In this document: piece by piece, positions 4,993 through 11,407 of the stretch
How the letters are laid out: each line of letters opens with the position of its first letter
Numbering within the stretch: position 1 is the first letter of the stretch
Virus record (IMG/VR): IMGVR_UViG_3300020567_000318
Span: 1-11,407 of that record
Direction: 5' to 3' (one strand)
DNA: 11,407 bases
Position numbers and translations under genes: made by a program
The notes under the pieces: generated by a model
What the model saw: the letters and a program-made list of their open reading frames with translations, nothing else
Told to the model about the DNA's origin: nothing
Databases searched by the model: none

Positions 4993-7900
4993 ATGGAGGG
5001 GATGGACTGGGATGCGATCACGCCAGAGGATGCGCAGTACATCATCTCGATGCTCGACAGACTAAGAGATGTCGAGATCGGCTCAACGATACCAACCATC
5101 AGCATCGGTGAGCTGGACCTCGATGCGCTCGCCAGCTCTCTGGCTGGCATCACTGACCCCATAGGCCAGATTCAGAGCTGGTTCCAGGACCAACTGAGGG
5201 CTCTCACGTCGTGGTTCAGCAGCGCGGTCGACAGCCTGTTCCGATCGCTCTACAACACGCTCATCAAGCCAACATTGAGCGCAATAGCTGGTGGCGTCGA
5301 CTGGATCAGGAGCAACCTTCAGTCGATCGCGAGCACCGTAACATCATCGCTGGGCCAGATCGCCACGCTCGTGAGCAACCTGGGGTCCTCCATCGCTTCC
5401 ATATTGAGCGCGATAGCGCAACTTCCCTCCGCGATATGGAACCAGTTGCAGAGCGTATCCAGCGCGATAATCAGCAGCCTGTCCAGCGCCATCGCGTCCG
5501 TGGTCGCGAAGGTTTCGGATGCGCTGGGCGGGCTTAGGAGCTGGCTCTCCAGTGCGCTCTCCAACGTGATCAGCGGCATCGCGGGCCTGGCATCTACCAT
5601 ATCCGGAGCCATATCTCAGATAACGGGCGCGATTTCGAGTGCAATGGACGCGGTGGTGAAGGCGATAACGCAAATACCTGGCGTTGTGTCCGCCCTCATA
5701 TCAAGGCTACAGGAGTGGATAGGGGGGGCGTTCGCGGGGTTGCAGAAGTGGGTGGGAGAGAGGCTGGAGGGCATACTTGACGCGCTGGGCAGGGCGCTCG
5801 CGACGCTGTCTGACGCTCTGAGGGGCTTGCAGTCGTGGCTAGCCGCCACCTTGGCCGGTGTCGTATCCGGGTTGCGGGACCTGCTGTCCAGCTCTTTATC
5901 TGCAATCGGTAACTGGATAGCCGAGGCCACGAAGCGCTTGCAGGACATCGGGTACGTGTTCCAGGGGTTCGTGAACGCCATACTGAGGGTACCGGAGATG
6001 CTGGGGAGCATACTGGCCAACATATTCAAGCCAGTGGTGGACTTCCTGGGTTCTATAGCTCAGGCGATACTGAACTTCTTTGCCGATCCCGTTGGTACGC
6101 TACGAAGGGCGTTCGAGTGGCTGGCGAAACAGATCTGGGACCTGCTACCTAGCTGGCTCAAGGATGCGATTATCGCGTTGCAGAACGCCTGGAACAGCTT
6201 TGTTCAAGGGCTACAGGACTTCCTAAGGGATCCCTTGGGCTTCATCCAGCGTGGCTTCAGCTGGCTGGCGGAGCAAATCTGGAAGCTGTTACCAGATTGG
6301 CTCAAGGGAGCGATCGTTGCAATACAGAACGCTTGGAACACATTCGTTCAAGGGCTCCAGGACTTCATCAAGGACCCCATAGGCTTCATACGCGCGAGGT
6401 TTGAGGAGCTGGCGAAATGGATCTGGGAGCACCTGCCAGAGCCAGCGAAACAACTCATAGAGAAGATCCGCGATTGGATTTTGGGCGCGTGGGACTTCCT
6501 GTACAAGCTGTTCACCAAGTACCTGCCAGAGGCGATAGGGTGGGCGTGGAACGAGTTGCAGAGGTTCATAGCCAACCCGCTGAACTACATATGGGAAAAG
6601 CTACTGGGGCTGTGGGAGTGGATATCCAAGCAGCTCGCAGGCGTGTGGAACGTGCTAAGGGGCGCCTGGGACTGGTTCGTGGGGGCGTTGCGTGGCGCGT
6701 GGGACTGGCTCGTGTCAGCTGTCAGCGCGATCCCGCAGGTGATACTCACATCTCTGCGCGTGCTGGGAGAGACGGTCTTGAACCTGGCCAAGAGCGTTGG
6801 TGAGGCGCTCGCTGGCGTGTTCGGCGCTATCGTGAGGGAGGTGGCGAAGCCCTTCCAGCCACTGGTCGAGGTCGTTGGGCAGTACATGATGCAGGTGCTG
6901 GGGCCACTGGCGCCCAAAGAGCGGGCGCCACTCTTCGTGGACACCATGGTACGCTCGGGCACGGCGCTGATGGTGACGTCGCTCTACGCAGCTGGCATAG
7001 CGACCATACCGCTCATGCTCACGAAGGCAACTAAGGCTGGCGGTCACGCCGTCAAGTCGCTCCTGGAGCGGATCGGCATAGACCTGGACGGCCACCTGCA
7101 ACTCCTGATGGACGTTGGCCTAAGTGGGACTAAGGTTGGCGGGAGGGGAGGGGGTGGCGCCAGGTTCAGCATATCATCGAAGTTGGTGTCAGCGCTGGGG
7201 GAGGCGATAAACGAGCTTGGAGACGCCTTCGACAAGTACGCATCGAGCATACTACAATATGCGGTTCTCTGGACCACGGAGCCCCTGGGCTCGGCCATAG
7301 GCCGCTACTCAGCATACTTCATACGCGACCTCATCCCGGTTGAGCTACCGGGGCTCGATCAGCTGGTGGATTTCGCCAGGAGGGTCAAGGGGGTAGATAA
7401 GCCAGAGGAGTACCTGAAGGCGCTCAACTACTACGTGTCGCTTTACGGCTACTCGACGTATTTCGTGGAGCAGGTATTCGGCTTCACGCTGAATGAGGAG
7501 AAGATACCGGTCATAGAGATCCGCGACAGGTTCTACGATGTGAGCAGGGCGGTGAGGAAGGTCCCCATAGCGCTCATCTACGAGCTACCGAGCGCGTCTG
7601 ATGTGGCCGCGATGATGGTGCGCGACATCTTCTACTCGTACGATGACTTCATCAAGCTGGCGAGGGCCAGGGGCATGCCAGAGGACATCGCTGCGCTCTA
7701 CTACATCTACAGGTTCAAGTACCCGTCACCCGAGCAGCTCTTCGAGTTCTACTGGCGCGGTGTGTCTGGCGTCCTCTGGTACGCACCCAGGCAGCTGATG
7801 ACCGATGAGGAGAGGTCCACGCTGCTGGAGAGGCTGAAGGTGGGTGCCGAGCCCAGGCCACCGGCGGCGCTGAACTTCGACATCTCAACGCTCTCTGACA

Positions 7901-9909
7901 TGATAGGAACCTACATGAAGTGGCACGACCTGTTCCCAGCAGCTTGGGAGGCTGGCTTCACGAGCGACAGGGCGATAGTCATGGACCTAGCGGCGGAGAT
8001 GCCCGATAAGATAGATGTGCGCTGGATGCTCCGCTACGCAATCTTCGAGCTACTGGCAAGCAAGGGCATAACGCGCGAGACGCCCGTACCGCAGCTGAGG
8101 AACGTGCTGGAGGACGCGGCAACGAACAAGGAGGTCCTCATGGACCTGTCGATGGTGTGCAGGTTGCTACAGGCCCGGGGCCTGCACCCATACTTCGTGC
8201 CGTTCATAGCTGTCGCGGACACGCTAGCTGCGCTGGCGGATGAGCGCACGCTAGTGCGCTCGGGCTTCATAAACCTCTACGAGCGGGGCGCCCTGGACGT
8301 GAAGACGCTCGACAAGCTGCTCTCCAACCTAGTTGTAGCGTCGTTCAAGGTGTCATACTTCGACATAGAGCGGGGCACGTGGGTCGACAACAAGTACGTG
8401 AACGTCCCGGTGGCCTACCTGCCAGCAGAGCGCAAGCTGATAGAGTTGCGCGCACTGCTCGACAAGTTCGAGAGGCCATGGCGCGAGGTGTGGAGCGACC
8501 TGGAGACCGCGTACAGGGAGTACATCTTGGACGCAAGCTCAGCCATGATGGCCGCAACGGCGGTCGCCAAGGCGATCAATGAGTTGCTACCAGAGGAGTC
8601 CAAGGCGCTAGTGGGCACGGAGTACAAGCTCACCGTTGATGAGGACTACCTGAAGACACTGCTAAAGTCGTGGGAGGTTGCTAGAGAGGTCTACACGATA
8701 CGGAGGATTAGGTCCTGGGTCTACCGTGTTTTGGGCTGGCTGATATACAGAGTGGCTTACGGGTACGTTAGGCCCAGCGACCTGGACTCCCTAGCCAGCA
8801 CATTATCTGAGGTAGCCAGGCTACCGCAAGCGGAGAGGGAGGCGATCGCTACAATCACCAAGGCGGTGTGGCGGATCGCAACGAGGGAGTACATACCCAC
8901 GCCATCGCAGCTGGCCACGATAGCCGAGGTCGTGCCAGCCGCGCTCAAGTACGTGGATGACGTGCTGGAGGCTCTGAACGTGCCAGAGGAGTGGAGGCCA
9001 ATATGGAGGTCCTACATCACAGTGAAGCCAATAGCGGATGAGGTGAGGACGCTGGTGAGCTACTACTACCGCGCGAAGAGGTACGGCGTAACGTTGCCGG
9101 ATGATGTGGTCAAGGCCGTCGAGGCGCTCATGAGCGAGGTGGGGTACACGGACAGGGAGAAGGCGATACTGGACCTCGCGGCGTACATATACAACGTAAC
9201 GGAGGAGATGAGAAAGGAGGCGAGCGAGGTCATACCGTCGCTCTCCATGCTGGCATCGATGGCGGAGTACATCGACGTCCCGCTCGACTACGTGGCGAAG
9301 GTCATGGCAGCGAGGCGGGTCGAGAGGACGTACGCTGAGCTGTGGCTGAAGTACGTGTCAGCGAGAACGATAGCGAGCGAGGTCAACCGCGTCTCAAACA
9401 CGCTACGTAGCCTGTACGAGCACTTCGCTGTGCCCGATGACGTGGTCAAGGCGGTTGCGGATCTGATGAAACGGGGCGGGTGGACATCGAGGGAGCTTGC
9501 GATATTCCAGTTCGACCTGGAGCTGAGGAGGAGGTACCGCATCCTCAACACGCTGGTGCCAACCCTGCGGCAGTTTGTCACAGATGCCCTGTACTTAGGC
9601 GAGTGGGAGAGGCTACTGGAGGACTGGCTAGCAGCGAGAGGCATCGAAGCCGAAAAGTACAAGCAACAAGTAGAGTACTACAAGAAGCTGATAAAGTCCC
9701 GCAAGCTCAACAGGCGCCTGTCCTGGTTCATCGCGCGCCTGATGAACGCGTACTGCGCTGGCATCATTACCTTGGATGAAGCGAGAAAGCGACTGGAGCA
9801 GTTCAAGGACTACGGCTTGGATGATGATGAGATAAAGATCCTCCTTGCTGGCTTCGAGCTGGAGAGGGCGTACAGGCAAGCAGTGTACGGCAGAGGGGGA
9901 GGCGCGTAG
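4993..9909 (+). CDS. Very large minor structural protein (1638 aa): tape-measure-like amphipathic N-terminal part and helical repeat C-terminal part, candidate terminal/tail structure component
   Basis: Uninterrupted ORF. The first ~630 aa are amphipathic Ala/Ser/Ile/Trp helices, and a P-[ST]-x-x-[QDM]-[LV] motif recurs in the C-terminal part. Size and position resemble the large minor virion proteins of Ligamenvirales (for example SIRV2 P1070). The function is inferred. Confidence 0.75.
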   Translation: MEGMDWDAITPEDAQYIISMLDRLRDVEIGSTIPTISIGELDLDALASSLAGITDPIGQIQSWFQDQLRALTSWFSSAVDSLFRSLYNTLIKPTLSAIAGGVDWIRSNLQSIASTVTSSLGQIATLVSNLGSSIASILSAIAQLPSAIWNQLQSVSSAIISSLSSAIASVVAKVSDALGGLRSWLSSALSNVISGIAGLASTISGAISQITGAISSAMDAVVKAITQIPGVVSALISRLQEWIGGAFAGLQKWVGERLEGILDALGRALATLSDALRGLQSWLAATLAGVVSGLRDLLSSSLSAIGNWIAEATKRLQDIGYVFQGFVNAILRVPEMLGSILANIFKPVVDFLGSIAQAILNFFADPVGTLRRAFEWLAKQIWDLLPSWLKDAIIALQNAWNSFVQGLQDFLRDPLGFIQRGFSWLAEQIWKLLPDWLKGAIVAIQNAWNTFVQGLQDFIKDPIGFIRARFEELAKWIWEHLPEPAKQLIEKIRDWILGAWDFLYKLFTKYLPEAIGWAWNELQRFIANPLNYIWEKLLGLWEWISKQLAGVWNVLRGAWDWFVGALRGAWDWLVSAVSAIPQVILTSLRVLGETVLNLAKSVGEALAGVFGAIVREVAKPFQPLVEVVGQYMMQVLGPLAPKERAPLFVDTMVRSGTALMVTSLYAAGIATIPLMLTKATKAGGHAVKSLLERIGIDLDGHLQLLMDVGLSGTKVGGRGGGGARFSISSKLVSALGEAINELGDAFDKYASSILQYAVLWTTEPLGSAIGRYSAYFIRDLIPVELPGLDQLVDFARRVKGVDKPEEYLKALNYYVSLYGYSTYFVEQVFGFTLNEEKIPVIEIRDRFYDVSRAVRKVPIALIYELPSASDVAAMMVRDIFYSYDDFIKLARARGMPEDIAALYYIYRFKYPSPEQLFEFYWRGVSGVLWYAPRQLMTDEERSTLLERLKVGAEPRPPAALNFDISTLSDMIGTYMKWHDLFPAAWEAGFTSDRAIVMDLAAEMPDKIDVRWMLRYAIFELLASKGITRETPVPQLRNVLEDAATNKEVLMDLSMVCRLLQARGLHPYFVPFIAVADTLAALADERTLVRSGFINLYERGALDVKTLDKLLSNLVVASFKVSYFDIERGTWVDNKYVNVPVAYLPAERKLIELRALLDKFERPWREVWSDLETAYREYILDASSAMMAATAVAKAINELLPEESKALVGTEYKLTVDEDYLKTLLKSWEVAREVYTIRRIRSWVYRVLGWLIYRVAYGYVRPSDLDSLASTLSEVARLPQAEREAIATITKAVWRIATREYIPTPSQLATIAEVVPAALKYVDDVLEALNVPEEWRPIWRSYITVKPIADEVRTLVSYYYRAKRYGVTLPDDVVKAVEALMSEVGYTDREKAILDLAAYIYNVTEEMRKEASEVIPSLSMLASMAEYIDVPLDYVAKVMAARRVERTYAELWLKYVSARTIASEVNRVSNTLRSLYEHFAVPDDVVKAVADLMKRGGWTSRELAIFQFDLELRRRYRILNTLVPTLRQFVTDALYLGEWERLLEDWLAARGIEAEKYKQQVEYYKKLIKSRKLNRRLSWFIARLMNAYCAGIITLDEARKRLEQFKDYGLDDDEIKILLAGFELERAYRQAVYGRGGGA
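6076..6450 (+). repeat. In-frame tandem repeat, 144 bp (48 aa) unit, about 2.6 copies
   Basis: Units start at 6076, 6220 and 6364: FFADPVGTLRRAFEWLAKQIWDLLPSWLKDAIIALQNAWNSFVQGLQD / FLRDPLGFIQRGFSWLAEQIWKLLPDWLKGAIVAIQNAWNTFVQGLQD / FIKDPIGFIRARFEELAKWIWEHLPE. Confidence 0.9.
8890..9890 (+). repeat. Three degenerate ~110-aa protein repeats
   Basis: Units start YIPTPSQL (8890), VIPSLSML (9229) and LVPTLRQF (9553). PDDVVKAV recurs exactly at 9097 and 9433, 336 bp apart. Confidence 0.75.
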
Positions 9910-9922
9910 GTCCACTCTACTC

Positions 9923-9929
9923 TTTTTAA
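9923..9929 (+). promoter_or_regulatory. T-run/TATA-like box (possible combined terminator and promoter)
   Basis: TTTTTAA 13 nt after the large gene's stop and about 33-39 nt upstream of ATG9962. Confidence 0.45.
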
Positions 9930-9961
9930 CTGATCTCTAGATGGATGGAGTGGGTAGGGAT

Positions 9962-10189
9962 ATGGCCAGAAGGCCCCCCTCCGCCGCAACCAAAACGTCC
10001 CCGGGCAGGTCCCCTACTGGCATGAGCAGCCCCGATGAGGAGCTTAAGAGCGCCATCCAGCAACTTCAGGATGCAATCAAGAAGTTCCAGGAGGACGTGG
10101 AGAAGGCCAGGAAGGTGCTAGAGGCGGAGTTCGCGAAGTGGAGCGCGCCCCAGGCATCGCCCCAGGCATCCAAGCAGGCGTCTAAGTAG
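9962..10189 (+). CDS. Small coiled-coil protein (start could be 9941, 9962 or 10022)
   Basis: Heptad pattern LKSAIQQLQDAIKKFQEDVEKARKVLE with low-complexity ends. Its stop is 3 nt before the next ATG. Confidence 0.7.
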   Translation: MARRPPSAATKTSPGRSPTGMSSPDEELKSAIQQLQDAIKKFQEDVEKARKVLEAEFAKWSAPQASPQASKQASK

Positions 10190-10192
10190 GCT

Positions 10193-11407
10193 ATGGGCTA
10201 CGCACAAAGAGAGGTAGCAAAGGTAGTAGAGCAGAAGCTGAAGTATTGGCTGAAGACGCAGAGCGAGGACGCGATAGACGCGATGTTCGACCGCATGTTC
10301 GACACCTACGATCGCCTCTCGTTCTGGGGGGACTGGGTGCTCTCGGACACACTCTTCTCATCCCTCATCTCGCTGGCGTTCTTCGACTTGCCAATACCGG
10401 AGATCGTGCCGTGGAGCCTGGTGTGGGAGGTGGAGTTGCCATCTATCGATGAGTTCCTCGCTGGCGTCCTCATCAAGCTGGAGCCCATCGACGTGACGGC
10501 GGTCTTCCCCGAGCTATCGGAGGTCCTCAGCTCCCTCAAGCTCCTCCTGACCAGCGAGTACGCACAGAACATACAGGAAACCAGGGTTAGGAAGCTGATT
10601 GTTGGCGAGAGCTACTACGGTGATAGCTACGTGGACCCGCCAGCGGTCAGGGAGTTCCTGCGCTCGACGCTCTACGCGTTCACGAAGAAAGACCTGACGT
10701 GGCAGGCGGTAAGGGATAGGTTGCGCGTGGCCGCGAAGACGTGGAACGTCCACGAGAGGCTCGTTGAGGACGCGTTCAACAGGCTCTCGATGATATCGGC
10801 AGTAAAGGAGCGGGCGCTGACGTGGGACTACGGCTGGTGGGACCGTAGCTATTGGGCGGAGGAGGGCAGCGGTGGCGAGGTCGCTTTCATCAATTACGAG
10901 GGTCAGGAGGTCAAGGCGGAGTACGAGCACCTAGCGGATCCGCAGTTTGGAGGTTACTGGGACATGAGCTACTGGGACATGTTCTACTGGGCCGCGCCCG
11001 AATCCCCGTACAAGCCAGCGGTTGGCCTTGAGGACCCAACCGTATCGAAGGTGCGCGACTTCGTAGTGCAGAACTTCAGGAGCAGGATACACGTAACACC
11101 ACTAGCTGTGGCTAACTACCAGACAGCGGAGGGCAGGACATCGTGGAGCGAGTCGCCACGCACGGAGACCTACGCAATTCCCTTGTCCATGCGGTACAGG
11201 ATCGAGTCGCTGGTCGACAGCATGGTCAAGCAGCTGAAGCCCGATGTTGGCGTCTTCCAGCTCAGGTTGTACAAAACTGCCGTGCTGGACCTGTTCGGCT
11301 CGCTTTACTCCCCCCACAGGTGGGGGGAGGAGGCCCTGCGCGCGTCATCCAAGGAGGAGCTGAGGAGCTTCTGGATCGAGAAGTGGAAGGCTCAGGGCCT
11401 GGATGAA
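10193..11407 (+). CDS. Probable minor virion protein with aromatic repeats and a C-terminal MCP-like segment, runs off the right edge of the window
   Basis: Manual translation gives 405 codons with no stop: MGYAQREVAKVVEQKLKYWLKTQSEDAIDAMFDRMFD...GESYYGDSYVDPPAVREFLRST...WDYGWWDRSYW...GGYWDMSYWDMFYW...FWIEKWKAQGLDE. Not in the track. It follows the giant gene, as the ~560-aa structural gene does in rudiviruses (recalled). Confidence 0.85.
   Translation, partial: MGYAQREVAKVVEQKLKYWLKTQSEDAIDAMFDRMFDTYDRLSFWGDWVLSDTLFSSLISLAFFDLPIPEIVPWSLVWEVELPSIDEFLAGVLIKLEPIDVTAVFPELSEVLSSLKLLLTSEYAQNIQETRVRKLIVGESYYGDSYVDPPAVREFLRSTLYAFTKKDLTWQAVRDRLRVAAKTWNVHERLVEDAFNRLSMISAVKERALTWDYGWWDRSYWAEEGSGGEVAFINYEGQEVKAEYEHLADPQFGGYWDMSYWDMFYWAAPESPYKPAVGLEDPTVSKVRDFVVQNFRSRIHVTPLAVANYQTAEGRTSWSESPRTETYAIPLSMRYRIESLVDSMVKQLKPDVGVFQLRLYKTAVLDLFGSLYSPHRWGEEALRASSKEELRSFWIEKWKAQGLDE

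Larger units (their letters stand above)
500..11407. mobile_element. Filamentous archaeal virus genome segment (Adnaviria/Tokiviricetes-like), boundaries not visible
   Basis: Paired SIRV2-type MCPs, GT4 glycosyltransferase, RHH proteins, a giant minor structural protein and archaeal promoter signals. Confidence 0.85.

Noticed and set aside
6076-6450. CRISPR array or non-coding repeat
   Set aside because: The units are in frame, degenerate at synonymous sites and lack a repeat-spacer structure.
4993-9909. Tailed-virus (Caudoviricetes) tape measure protein
   Set aside because: No HK97 capsid, portal, terminase or tail genes in the window, and the neighbouring capsid genes are of the filamentous SIRV2 type.
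5211-9915. Many short alternative-frame and antisense ORFs inside the 1638-aa gene
   Set aside because: Expected by-products of GC-rich coding sequence, with no start signals or recognisable motifs.
10246-11406. Track ORFs 10246..10452, 10306..10572, 10514..10930, 11102..11317 and 11143..11406
   Set aside because: All lie within the uninterrupted 405-codon frame starting at 10193.

Overview
This window looks like the structural-gene region of a filamentous archaeal virus (realm Adnaviria, class Tokiviricetes, rudivirus/lipothrixvirus-like). The GC-rich sequence, heavy AGG/ATA codon use and TATA-led, apparently leaderless genes point to a thermophilic Thermoproteota-type host (inference). Left to right: a partial sugar-1-phosphate nucleotidyltransferase (- strand, missing from the ORF track), an RHH-domain gene, and a - strand four-gene cluster that includes a 49-aa RHH gene missing from the track. 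A divergent promoter region with two inverted repeats follows, then two tandem paralogous SIRV2-type major capsid proteins, a GT4 glycosyltransferase and two small genes. The window ends with a 1638-aa repeat-rich minor structural protein, a small coiled-coil protein, and a >405-aa open-ended gene (missing from the track) with aromatic repeats and a C-terminal capsid-like segment. No integrase, tRNA, CRISPR array or tailed-phage genes were seen. Family assignments come from motif recognition and recalled sequences, not database searches.
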